Shown: positions 29,123 through 38,840 of the stretch, one piece after another
How positions within the stretch are numbered: the first letter of the stretch is position 1
Layout of the letters: each line of letters opens with the position of its first letter
From: an uncultured Candidatus Rokubacteria bacterium
Lineage (GTDB): Bacteria; Methylomirabilota; Methylomirabilia; Rokubacteriales; DASRDR01
Length of the DNA: 64,000 nucleotides
Direction of reading: 5' to 3'
NCBI GenBank assembly: GCA_963826115.1
Contig: CAWGVS010000005.1
Span: 1,920,001-1,984,000 of the forward strand
The notes under the pieces: model-generated
What the model was told of the DNA's origin: nothing
Database searches by the model: none
Seen by the model: only the letters and a program-made list of their open reading frames with translations
Made by a program: the position numbers and the translations under genes

Positions 29123-30273
29123 CCGAAGCTCGGCGGGCGGTCGAGATCGCGCCCGATGATGACGCGCAGGATCTCGCTCGTGCCGCCGCCCCACAGAAGG
29201 AACCGCGCGTCCCGGAAATACCGTTCGATCGGATACTCGGTGGCGAACGAGTACGAAGCGAAGATCCGCGAGGCCTCGTCGCAGATCCGGTTCGCGGCCT
29301 CGGACGCGAAGAGCTTCGTCATCGCGGCCTCCCGCGTCACCGGCCGGCCCTGATCGATGGACCACGCGGCGTGGTAGACGAGCAGGCTCGCCGCGTGGAG
29401 CTGGGTCAGCATGTCGACGAGCCGGAAGGTCACCGCCTGGTGCTCGCCGATCGGCTTGCCGAAGGTCACGCGCTCCTTGGAATAGCGGAGGGCAGCCTCG
29501 TACGCCGCGCGGCCGAGACCGACCGACAGGGCTCCGGTCATCACGCGGATCTCGGACAGGATCCCGCCCACCTTCTCGACGCCCCCGGTCTCGCCGCCGA
29601 GGAGGTGCTCGTCCGGAACCCGCACGTCGTCGAGGATGATCTCTCCAGTGGCCGAGGCCCGCACGCCGAGCTTGTCGATCTTCTTCCCGAGCGTCACGCC
29701 GGGAAACTGCCGGTCGACGAGGAACAGCGCGATGTGCTTCATCCCGCGCTCGGGGGACGTCTTGGCGCACACCGTCAGCATGTCGGCGACCGGGGCGTTC
29801 GTGACCCACGTCTTGGTGCCCCGCAGCCGCCAGCCGCCCTCGACCCGCTCGGCGGTGGTCGCGAGGTTGCCGATGTCCGAGCCGGCGTTGGGCTCGGTGA
29901 GCGCGAACGTCGCGATCTTCTCGCCGCGGAGCGCCGGCGCGAGGTAGCGCTCGCGGAGCGCGTCGCTCCCGTACTTCCAGACGAAGTGCGTCCCCATGAG
30001 GCTCTGCATCGCCGCGAGCGCGGCGACCGACATCGATCCCCGGGCCAGCTCCTCGGCGAAGAGGCAGTAGGTCACGAAGTCGGCTTCGACCCCGCCGTAG
30101 GCCTCGGGGTAGCGGAGCGCGAGGTACCCCAGCTCGCCGAGGCGCCGGAAGAGCGCGCGCGGGAACTCGCCGGCCTCGTCGATCTCGCGCGCGACGGGCG
30201 CGACCTCGGCGTCGACGAAGCGAGCGACGGCCCGGCGGAACTCCTCCTGCTCCGGGCTCAGTCGGAAGTCCAT
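29119..30273 (-). CDS. Acyl-CoA dehydrogenase family protein
   Basis: FALTEPNAGSD, G.K.WVTN, R..FGKPI..HQ, ERYFRDAR, GGTSEI. Confidence 0.92.
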   Translation of the reverse strand: MDFRLSPEQEEFRRAVARFVDAEVAPVAREIDEAGEFPRALFRRLGELGYLALRYPEAYGGVEADFVTYCLFAEELARGSMSVAALAAMQSLMGTHFVWKYGSDALRERYLAPALRGEKIATFALTEPNAGSDIGNLATTAERVEGGWRLRGTKTWVTNAPVADMLTVCAKTSPERGMKHIALFLVDRQFPGVTLGKKIDKLGVRASATGEIILDDVRVPDEHLLGGETGGVEKVGGILSEIRVMTGALSVGLGRAAYEAALRYSKERVTFGKPIGEHQAVTFRLVDMLTQLHAASLLVYHAAWSIDQGRPVTREAAMTKLFASEAANRICDEASRIFASYSFATEYPIERYFRDARFLLWGGGTSEILRVIIGRDLDRPPSFG

Positions 30274-30301
30274 CTCGGGCTCCGCGGCCTCGACCGCCGC
30301 C

Positions 30302-31666
30302 TCAGACCTTGATCTTGGGGAGACCGGCGAGCGCCGCCTTCACCTGGGCTGCCGGATACTCGAAGTCCTCGAGTTTGCCCGCCATGTAGCGCTCGTAGGC
30401 GGAGAGGTCGAAGTGCCCGTGGCCGCAGAAGTTGAACGCGATGACCTTGCGGTCCCCCGAGGCCTTGCAGCGCAGCGCCTCGTCGATCACGACGCGAATG
30501 GCGTGGGCCGCCTCGGGCGCGGGCAGGAAGCCCTCGGCCCGGGCGAAGGTCAGCGCCGCCTCGAAGGTCGGATTCTGGTGGACGGCCACCGCCTCGATCA
30601 CCTTGTGGTCGTAGAGCACGCACACGAGCGGCGCCATGCCGTGGTAGCGGAGCCCGCCCGCGTGGATCGGCGCGGGGATGAACGAGTGGCCCAGCGTGTA
30701 CATCTTGACGAGCGGCGTCATCTGCCCGGTGTCACCGAAGTCGTAGACGTACTCGCCCTTGGTGAGGCTCGGGGCCGCGTGGGGCTCGACGGCGATGACG
30801 CGAAGGTCCTTCCGTTTCCCGCTCAGCTTGTCCTGGAGGAAGGGGAACGTGAACCCGCCGAAGTTCGAGCCGCCGCCGATGCAGCCGACGAGGATGTCCG
30901 GGCGATCGCCGGCCATCTCGAGCTGCCGCTGGGCCTCCAGGCCGATGACCGTCTGGTGCGTCAGGACGTGGTTCAGCACCGAGCCCAGCGCGTACTTCGT
31001 GTCCTCGCGCTGGGCTGCCTCCTCGACCGCCTCCGAGATGGCCATGCCAAGGCTTCCCGGCGAGTGCGGGTCCTTCGTGAGCGCCGCGCGGCCGGCCGCC
31101 GTCTCGCGAGACGGGCTGGCCACGACCTTGGCGCCCCACGCCTCCATCATGATGCGACGATACGGCTTCTGGTCGTAGGAGACCCGCACCATGTAGACCT
31201 TGCACTCGATCCCGAAGATCTGGCAGGCGAATGACAGCGCCGAGCCCCACTGCCCCGCACCCGTTTCCGTCGTGATGCGCCGGACGCCTTCCTGGTGGTT
31301 GTAATAGGCTTGGGCGACCGCGGTGTTCGGCTTGTGGCTCCCCGCGGGGGACACGCCCTCCCACTTGTAGTAGATGCGCGCGGGGGTCCCGAGCGCCTTC
31401 TCCAGGCGATGGGCCCGGTAGAGCGGCGTCGGCCGCCAGAGCCGGTAGACGTCGCGCACGGGCTCCGGGATGTCGATCCAGCGCTCCTGGCTGACCTCCT
31501 GCTTGATGATCTCCATCGGGAACAGGGGCGCCAGGTCCTGCGGGCCGATGGGCTGGAGCGTACCCGGGTGGATCACCGGCGGCAGCGGCGCGGGCAGGTC
31601 GGCCTGGATGTTGTACCAGCGGCTCGGCAGGTCCTTCTCGTCGAGCAGGAACTTGGTCTGTGGCAC
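30302..31666 (-). CDS. trpB2: TrpB2, stand-alone tryptophan synthase beta-type PLP enzyme
   Basis: [25 protein letters not shown] (PLP Lys), [32 protein letters not shown]; RBS AAGGAGG; no trpA nearby. Confidence 0.95.
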   Translation of the reverse strand: MPQTKFLLDEKDLPSRWYNIQADLPAPLPPVIHPGTLQPIGPQDLAPLFPMEIIKQEVSQERWIDIPEPVRDVYRLWRPTPLYRAHRLEKALGTPARIYYKWEGVSPAGSHKPNTAVAQAYYNHQEGVRRITTETGAGQWGSALSFACQIFGIECKVYMVRVSYDQKPYRRIMMEAWGAKVVASPSRETAAGRAALTKDPHSPGSLGMAISEAVEEAAQREDTKYALGSVLNHVLTHQTVIGLEAQRQLEMAGDRPDILVGCIGGGSNFGGFTFPFLQDKLSGKRKDLRVIAVEPHAAPSLTKGEYVYDFGDTGQMTPLVKMYTLGHSFIPAPIHAGGLRYHGMAPLVCVLYDHKVIEAVAVHQNPTFEAALTFARAEGFLPAPEAAHAIRVVIDEALRCKASGDRKVIAFNFCGHGHFDLSAYERYMAGKLEDFEYPAAQVKAALAGLPKIKV

Positions 31667-31677
31667 GGGAACCTCCT

Positions 31678-32571
31678 TCAGCGTTCGAAGGACCGTGACG
31701 GAGCCGGCAGTCCGGCGCGCGCGAGCGCCGTCGCGTACGCGCGCCGTCCAGCCTCGTCGGCGAACAGCTCGTCGGGAATCCGGTGGTCGGTGAACTGCCA
31801 GAGTCGCTCGGGATAGCGCCGGTCGACGGCGAGCCCGGCGCCAAGGCACCCGAGCGGCCGTCGGCGCTCGCGCTCCACCTCGGCCGCCAACGCGTCAAGC
31901 GGCCCGCCGAGCGCGGCGAGCGGGACGCCGAGCCCCAGCACCCGGTACGGCAGGAGGAAGCGCGTCGACTTCGGGGGCAGGAGCGGGCCGTCCGCCCGCC
32001 GCACGGCCGCCTTGTCGAGGGCCGGCGGGCGGAGCACGACGACGCCGGGCGCGCCGAGCCACTCGCCAACCGCGTCGTCCTCGACCAGGCGCGCCGGGCG
32101 CGGGTGGCCGTTCGGTGAGAGCTGCCGCACCATCTCGCTCGCCAGATCCCCGCCGACGGGCGCGCCAGCGGCGGACCGGCCGTACACGCGGCCGCCGAAA
32201 TGGCAGGCGAGCCCGCCGGACGCGCCGGGCTCGAGACCGAGCGCCCGGCGCGCAGCGTCGAAGGCCGCGGCCGGCACGCCCTCGAGGACCTGGCACCACG
32301 TGCCGATGCGGACGTCGCTCGAGTCGAGCGTCACCCGCTGGACCACGGCGAAGCGCGCGCCGAGATCGCGCGCGAGAACGACCGCCCGGTGGCTCCCGTC
32401 CAGGATCAACCCGGACGCGGCGTCGACGACGAGCGGCCACGACAGGACGCGCGCAGTCGCGAGGAGACGCGCCACGCGCGCCTCGCCCTCGGGCGCCGTG
32501 GCCTCGTGCCGGCGTAGGTCCCCGAGCGAGGCCACGGCAAGGCTGGCGCGAACGTCGTCCGCTGACTCCAT
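31678..32571 (-). CDS. ParB/Srx-fold protein resembling free L-serine kinases SbnI/SerK
   Basis: [44 protein letters not shown] match the recalled SbnI/SerK motif order; stop is 11 nt from the trpB2 start. Confidence 0.72.
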   Translation of the reverse strand: MESADDVRASLAVASLGDLRRHEATAPEGEARVARLLATARVLSWPLVVDAASGLILDGSHRAVVLARDLGARFAVVQRVTLDSSDVRIGTWCQVLEGVPAAAFDAARRALGLEPGASGGLACHFGGRVYGRSAAGAPVGGDLASEMVRQLSPNGHPRPARLVEDDAVGEWLGAPGVVVLRPPALDKAAVRRADGPLLPPKSTRFLLPYRVLGLGVPLAALGGPLDALAAEVERERRRPLGCLGAGLAVDRRYPERLWQFTDHRIPDELFADEAGRRAYATALARAGLPAPSRSFER

Positions 32572-32617
32572 CGGCGTCGTGGCGGCGTCGTGGCGCGTCG
32601 GGAGGTCGGCCCGCGCG

Positions 32618-33724
32618 TCAGCGCCCGCGCAGGGCCCGGCGCGCCTCCTCGGCGGCGTCGCTGTCCGGAAACTCGCGGACGACCTGCGTCCAGGCCTGCT
32701 TGGCGTCGGCCTCGCGCTTCTGGGCCCGGTACGCGAGGCCGAGACGGAGGAGCGCCTGCGGCGTGTCCTTCCCCTTGGGGGTGAGGTCCACGATCTTCCT
32801 GTACGCGGCCCCGGCGCGCTCGAAGTCGCGCGCGGCGAAGTACGCGTCGCCGATCCGGAGCTGCGCCGACGTGACGAGCGGATCGTTCGGGTACCTCTGG
32901 ACGAGCTCCTCGAAGTCCACCACGGCCTGCCCCTGCTCGCCCTTGTTCCAGCTCTCCATGGCGCGGTCGTAGAGGGCGCGCGCGCTGGGCGATCCTGCCG
33001 CCGGCGCGGGCGCCGCCGGCTTCGTGTCCGCGGGCACCGGTGCGGCCTTCGCGACGCGCGCGGGATCGGCCGAAGCGGCTGGCGGCGCGCTCCTCGTGGC
33101 ACGCGACGGCGTGAGCATCGCCGGCGGCGTCAGGCCAGCACCGGCCGCGGTGTCGGACCCGCTGCCGCCCGACGCCGCCGCGGTGGGCGACGAGGACTCC
33201 CCGGCGGACCTGGCGCCGGCCGACTGAGCCGGTGGCCGCGCGGGCGCGCCCCCCTTTGACGGGGCCGCGGCGGGCGCGCCGTCCAGCACTCGGGCGAGCT
33301 GACTCTCGATCCCATCGAGGCTCAGCTCGACTCGGCGCAGCGTCTGGCCCAGGTCCGCGACCCGCTTCTCGAGGAGGTCGATCCGGCGCGCCTGGGCGTC
33401 GAGCACCTCGACCTGGCGCTGGAGGTCGTAGCGAGCAGACACGCCCATGGCCTTCTGAACGGCGTCGAACTCCGCGCGCGTCTCCATCGCGGCCTTGTCG
33501 ATCTGCTCCGAGGTGGCGCGCTGCGCCGAGTCGACGCGTGTGCGGACCTCGGTGAGATCGGTCCGCAGGCGGTCCACGTCCTGACGGAGCGCGGCCGGCG
33601 AGTCGGCCGGCAGCTTCGCCTCGCCCGCGGGCTTGGCCCCGCCTCCGCAGCCGCCCGACGCGGCGGCGACCACAATCGCCGCGGCCAGGGCCGTCAGGGA
33701 AGATCTCACGCGCACGGTTGGCAC
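32618..33724 (-). CDS. cpoB: CpoB/YbgF-like coiled-coil + TPR protein, putative lipoprotein; start uncertain
   Basis: Signal peptide ending ASGGC, coiled coil, Ala/Pro linker, LY..A..F..YP..AQ..IG..Y..ALLRLG..V..FP.S TPRs. Confidence 0.75.
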   Translation of the reverse strand: MPTVRVRSSLTALAAAIVVAAASGGCGGGAKPAGEAKLPADSPAALRQDVDRLRTDLTEVRTRVDSAQRATSEQIDKAAMETRAEFDAVQKAMGVSARYDLQRQVEVLDAQARRIDLLEKRVADLGQTLRRVELSLDGIESQLARVLDGAPAAAPSKGGAPARPPAQSAGARSAGESSSPTAAASGGSGSDTAAGAGLTPPAMLTPSRATRSAPPAASADPARVAKAAPVPADTKPAAPAPAAGSPSARALYDRAMESWNKGEQGQAVVDFEELVQRYPNDPLVTSAQLRIGDAYFAARDFERAGAAYRKIVDLTPKGKDTPQALLRLGLAYRAQKREADAKQAWTQVVREFPDSDAAEEARRALRGR

Positions 33725-33794
33725 CGTAGCACCGGCGCGGTTTCGGGGTCAACCAACGGGCCCTCCGGGCGTGGCGGCGCGGTAAGCTGGCCAC

Positions 33795-35339
33795 GTGGCC
33801 GTCGCGTCGCCGCCGAGGCTCCGCGTCCGACACGCGCTTCCGCCCGCCCGTTGGCCGACGCGCGAGGAGGCCGGCCGAGCGCGCTGGTTCTCCCCGATCC
33901 GTCTCGGCACCTGCACGGTCGCGGCGGACCGGACGTGGGTGCCGGCGATGGTTCCCTGGCGGGCGACCGCGGACGGCCACGTGACGCCCGAGGTGCTCGA
34001 CTGGTACGCCCGCTTCGCCGAGGGTCAGCCCGGCGTCCTGGTCGTCGAGGCGACGGGCATCCGCGATGTCCCGAGCGGCCCGCTGCTCCGCATCGGCGAC
34101 GACCGCTTCGTCCCCGGACTTCGCCGCCTGGTCGAGACCGTGCGCGAGCGGAGCGAGGGGCGCACGCGCCTGTTCATCCAGGTCATCGACTTCCTCGCGG
34201 TGCGGCGGCGGCCGGAGCCGGCGGCGTACTTCGCGCGCTACCTCGCGGTCGACGCCGGGATTCGCCGGCGCCTCGCCGCGGCAACGGCGGACGAGCGCTG
34301 GCTCGATTCGTCCGGAGCGCCCGACGCGTCCGTGCGGGCGCACCTCGCCGCGGCCGACCGCGCGCTCGTCGAGGCCGTCCTGGCCGCCCGCGAGCTGGAG
34401 TCGCTCGACTACGGCTACCGCGAACGCGTCGGGGACTTGCACCTGCCCCACATCCGGAGCCTGCCCGCCGTCCTGCCGGAGCTGTTCGCCGGGGCGGCGC
34501 GGCGCGCGCGCGAGGCCGGGTTCGACGGCGTCGAGCTCCACTATGCCCACGCCTACACGATGGCGTCGTTCCTCTCGCGGCTGAACGACCGGACGGACGG
34601 CTACGGCGGGGCCCGGCCGGCGCGCGCGCGGCTACCCCTCGAGGTCCTCCATACGGTCCGGCGCCGGGTCGGCCCCGACTATGTGGTCGGAATCCGCTAC
34701 CTCGGCCACGACGTCGTGACCGGCGGCAACACCGTCGACGACGCGGTGTGGTTCGGCCTGCGGTTCGCCGAGGCTGGCGTCGACTACCTGTCCGTCTCGA
34801 AGGGCGGGCGCTTCGAGGACGCGCGGCAGCCCAAGGTCGGCGAGGCCGTCTACCCCTACACGGGCGACTCGGGCTACGAGTGCATGCCCACGGTGGTCTC
34901 GGACGCGCGTGGGCCGTTCGCGCGCAACGTGCCGCTCGCCTCGGCGATCCGGGCGGGCCTCCGTGCGGCGGGACGCGACGTGCCGGTCGTCACGAGCGGC
35001 GGCATCGCGACCTTCGACCAGGCGGAGGGCATCCTGGCGCGCGGCGAGGCGGACATCGTCGCGGCGGCGCGTCAGACTCTGGCCGACCCCGACTGGTTCC
35101 GGAAGATGCGCCTGGGCCACGGGCACCTGGTCCGGCGATGCGAGTTCACCAACTACTGCGAGGGTCTCGACCAGCGCCACAAGCAGGTCACGTGCAAGCT
35201 ATGGGACCGGGAGGTGGCGGCGGACGAGCCGGACGTCAAGCGCGCGAGCGACGGGCGGCGCCGCCTGAGCGCCCCGTCGTGGCGGCCGCCGTCGGAGGCC
35301 GAGACCGGGTCGTCGGGGCTCAGCTCCGGTGGTGCTTGA
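33795..35339 (+). CDS. NADH:flavin oxidoreductase (old yellow enzyme family)
   Basis: PAMV, VVEATG, AGFDGVELHYAHAY, N.RTD.YGG, ARQ.LADPDW, C-terminal Cys cluster. Confidence 0.88.
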   Translation: MAVASPPRLRVRHALPPARWPTREEAGRARWFSPIRLGTCTVAADRTWVPAMVPWRATADGHVTPEVLDWYARFAEGQPGVLVVEATGIRDVPSGPLLRIGDDRFVPGLRRLVETVRERSEGRTRLFIQVIDFLAVRRRPEPAAYFARYLAVDAGIRRRLAAATADERWLDSSGAPDASVRAHLAAADRALVEAVLAARELESLDYGYRERVGDLHLPHIRSLPAVLPELFAGAARRAREAGFDGVELHYAHAYTMASFLSRLNDRTDGYGGARPARARLPLEVLHTVRRRVGPDYVVGIRYLGHDVVTGGNTVDDAVWFGLRFAEAGVDYLSVSKGGRFEDARQPKVGEAVYPYTGDSGYECMPTVVSDARGPFARNVPLASAIRAGLRAAGRDVPVVTSGGIATFDQAEGILARGEADIVAAARQTLADPDWFRKMRLGHGHLVRRCEFTNYCEGLDQRHKQVTCKLWDREVAADEPDVKRASDGRRRLSAPSWRPPSEAETGSSGLSSGGA

Positions 35340-35553
35340 GGGCCCGGCGCCGCGCTTCTCTCCACCGGCGCCACCGGCTCGTGCCCTCGACGCGGCTCGT
35401 CAGCAGCACGACGGGCACCGACAGGATGATGGCGATGACGAGGGCCGCGCCGAGCCAGCGGTTGGCGTCGGCACCGAACAGCGAGACCGCGCTCTGCTGG
35501 ACGATGAGCCCGACCAGCACCGCGCCGGACCAGAACAGGGCTCGACGTCCCAT
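35320..35553 (-). CDS. Small two-TM membrane protein (77 aa)
   Basis: MGRRALFWSGAVLVGLIV..WLGAALVIAIILSVPVVLL; GGAG upstream, plus TTGCGC-17nt-TACGGT promoter-like motif. Confidence 0.55.
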   Translation of the reverse strand: MGRRALFWSGAVLVGLIVQQSAVSLFGADANRWLGAALVIAIILSVPVVLLTSRVEGTSRWRRWREARRRALKHHRS

Positions 35554-35890
35554 GCTCCGCCGTCCTCTCTCCGCAAGGGTTCGGATTCGGCTCGACCACC
35601 GTAGGTTGCCTTGCCCTGTCGCGCAAGGGGCCGCGCGTCGTCGCCGCCGCGAGCGACCAGGTGGCGCGAACGGATCCGGTGGTCGACGTCCCGCCACCAC
35701 CGGCCGACATGAGTCGCGAACCTCGCGACCTTCGGCACGGGCCGCTGGCACGCTCATTACCCCGACAGGAGACGCCGGGGCGCGACGAAGCTTGCTTCAG
35801 ATCGGAGAGGAGGCGCCAGTGGACGCGGGCGTGGTCGAGACCAGGGTTCCTCTCTGGAGCATCTCAAGGACCCTTCCGCCCGCCGACCGC

Positions 35891-37877
35891 TCAGGACGGT
35901 CCCGGAGGCAGGTGCTCGCGGAACCACTCGAGGAGAATCCGGAACCGCGCGAGCCGGTGGCGCGGCCGCCCGGAGCGCGAGAGCTCGTGGTCCTCGTCCG
36001 GGAACCGCACGAAGCGCACGGTCCGCTTGAGCTTCTTCAAGGCGACGTAGAGCTGCTCCGCCTGCTCCATCGGGCAGCGAAGGTCGCTCTCCGAGTGCAT
36101 GATCAGGAGCGGGGTGCGGATGTCCCGCGCGTAGGAGAGCGGGGAGCGCTCGAGGTACCACGCGAGGTTCTCCCACGGCGGCTTGCCCTGCGCGTGCGCC
36201 TCCTGGAACCAGAAGCCGATGTCGCTGGTCCCGTACATGCTCACCATCGCGTTGACGGCGCGCTCGGAGCACGCGGCCCGGAAGCGGTCGGTGTGGCCGA
36301 CGATCCAGCTCGTCATGAAGCCGCCGTAGCTCCCGCCCATCACCCCGAGCCGGTCGGCGTCGATGAACTCGGAACGCCGTAGCGCCTCGTCGAGCCCCGC
36401 CATCACGTCCGCGTAGTCGCCGCCGCCCCAGTCCCCGACGACCGCCCGGGCAAAGGCCTCGCTGTAGCCCCGGCTGCCCCGGGGGTTCACGTAGACGACG
36501 GCGTAGCCCGCGCCCGCGTACACCTGGAACTCGTCGAAGAAGCGGTGGCCGTACTGGCTGGCCGGCCCGCCGTGGATGTTGAGGAGCGCGGGGTAGCGCT
36601 GGCCGGGCTGCCGGCCGGCCGGTGGCATCACCCAGCCGTCGACGGTGAAGCCGGCGCGGTCGAACCGGAAGCGCTCCGGGCGCGCGAGCGCGACCTCCGC
36701 CTTCCACTCCCGGTTGAGGTCCGTCAGCCGCCGCTCGTCGCGGCCGTCGGCCCGGCACACGAAGACGTCGGTCGGCGACGTGTCGTCGGTGGCGGTGAAG
36801 GCGATCACCGCGCCGTCCGCCGAGACCGAGAAGCCGGTCACCTGGCGCGTCCCGCCGACCACGCGCTCCGCGGCGCCGCCGCCGGCCCGCGTCGATCCGG
36901 TAGAGCGGCACGTCGCCCTCGTCCTCGACCTGGAACAGGAGCGCGCCGGTGCGCCCGAGCCACTGGGGGCCGACCGCGCCCATCATCGGCTCGCAGTTGC
37001 GGTCGAGCGCGGCGGTCAGGCATACGGACTCGCCGCCTTCGGCGGAGACCGCGTACACGCGGGAGTGGCGGGACACGCCGCGCGGATCGGTGTGCCCCAC
37101 GTAGGCGACGGTCCGCCCGTCGGGCGAGAAGGCCGGCGAGGAGACCGGGCCCTCGGTCCGCGTCAGCCGACGCGCCTCCCCGCCTTCGGCCGGCACCGTG
37201 AAGAGGTCGGCGGCGCCGTCCTCGTCGCGATCCGCGTGGCGGGCCGACACGAAGACCACCCGGCGACCGTCCGGCGCCCAGGTCGGATGGTGGCTCTCGA
37301 ACGCCCCGCCGGTGAGCTGGCGGGCCGGCCCGCCCGCCCGCGGGACCACGAAGACCTGCTGGGGCCGGTCGTACACGAAGCCGACGCCGTTCGACTTGTA
37401 CTTCAGGACGTCGATGATGCGCGGGGGCTTCGATCGCTCGCGCTCCTCCTCGTCCGCCGGCTCCTCCCAGCCGCCGACGCGCGACACGAACGCAAGTGAC
37501 TCGCTGTCCGGCGACCAGACGGGACTCGATACCCCGGGCTTGAGGTCCGTGAGCCGCACGGGCTCGCCCCCGTCGGCGGGCATCACGTGGAGCTGCCCCT
37601 TCACCTTCCGCTCGCGCTCGGACACGAAGGCGAGCCATCGCCCGTCGGGCGACCAGCGGGGCGCGGTGTCGCGCCGCGGACCCCGCGTGAACGGGCGCGG
37701 CTCGCCCCCGCCGGCGTCGACGAGCCAGATCGTCGACAGGTACTCGTCGCGCGCCTCGGACAGGGTCGTCACCACGAACGCCACGCGGCGCCCGTCGGGG
37801 TGGAGCTGCGGGTCGCTGACGAAGCGGATCCGGAACAGGTCCTCGGGAACCATCGGGCGGCCGGGCGAGTCCGTCAT
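35891..37877 (-). CDS. S9 family peptidase (acylaminoacyl/dipeptidyl peptidase), frameshifted near 36887
   Basis: Beta-propeller WSPDG repeats in one frame; IHGGP, GGSYGG, DLRC, EDH in the next; an extra G in gcgGgcc explains the shift. Confidence 0.88.
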
Positions 37878-38031
37878 CGGCGTCGTCGGACCCGCCGGGA
37901 CGCGGGCCCCGGCGGGCGACGGCAGTCTACCATCGGCGACGCCACCGGCGACGCGACGGGCTCCGCGCGGCTCGAGGGCAGCGTCCCGGTCCCGGGCGGG
38001 CCGGCGCGACGGCCCGGACGGGGAGCGGGTC

Positions 38032-38610
38032 TCAGCGAGACGCGGTCGGCTTGATCTTCCCGCCGCTCGACTCGTACGCCTCCACGGCCTTCTTCAGGTC
38101 CCGGTACTGGGAGCACGGGAAGAAGCACAGCTTGTCGAGCTGCCCCAGGTGCTCCTTGGCCTTCGGCAGGTTGTCGAGGGTGAGGTACGCCTCGCCGATG
38201 TACTCGTGAGCGCCGCGGTGCTTCGGGTCGATGACGAGGGCCTGCTCGTAGAGCGGGATCGACGCCGCCGGGTCGCCGTTCCGGCGCGTGGCGTAGGCGA
38301 GCCAGTTGTAGGCATCCGCGTTCTTGCCGTCCCGCGCGATGGCCTTCTGGAGGAGCGGGATCGCGGCGGCGTACTGCCCGGAGTCGATCGCCTTGACCCC
38401 CGCGGTGAAGTCGGGGTCCGCCGGCTTGGCCGGCGTCTCGCTGGCGCCCGCCCCGCCGCCACCACCTCCGCCCCCGCCGCCGCCACCCCCACCACCGCCC
38501 GCGCCGTCGGCGCTGACTCCCGAGGGCGCGCTCAAGAGCAGGAGCGCGGCTAATCCCGCCGCCACGGCCCAGGCTGCGAGCGTTCCCGAGGTCGACCAGC
38601 GTCCATCCAT
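38032..38610 (-). CDS. Secreted TPR protein with poly-glycine linker
   Basis: Signal peptide, Gly run, NADAYNWLAY..R, HRGAHEYIGEAYL, C...C..Y..L. Confidence 0.8.
   Translation of the reverse strand: MDGRWSTSGTLAAWAVAAGLAALLLLSAPSGVSADGAGGGGGGGGGGGGGGGGAGASETPAKPADPDFTAGVKAIDSGQYAAAIPLLQKAIARDGKNADAYNWLAYATRRNGDPAASIPLYEQALVIDPKHRGAHEYIGEAYLTLDNLPKAKEHLGQLDKLCFFPCSQYRDLKKAVEAYESSGGKIKPTASR
38452..38499 (-). repeat. Poly-glycine codon run (~16 GGN)
   Basis: ggc ggt ggt ggg ggt ggc ggc ggc ggg ggc gga ggt ggt ggc ggc ggg. Confidence 0.85.
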
Positions 38611-38840
38611 GATGTGTCCTCCCGGACGCGCGCCCGCCCGGGCGCGACGTGTCCTATCGGGTGAACGCATGGGCGGGGCACGGCGTTCCCGCGCGGCGGG
38701 CCGGGTCCGCGGCCAAGTCTTGACCATTTCGTGACGGAGGCGTCATGCCGGGGCGTCGAGACCTCGCCTTGACCCTGCCCGCCGGCGGTCCTACAGTCGC
38801 GCGTGTCACCGGGCGCGCCCCGGAGCGCGCAGGAGAGCTC

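Noticed and set aside
31678-32571. Chromosome-partitioning ParB or DNA-modification/defence ParB
   Set aside because: There is no HTH/dimerisation domain and no parA or methylase neighbour; the C-terminal PxxTRF motif fits SbnI/SerK instead.
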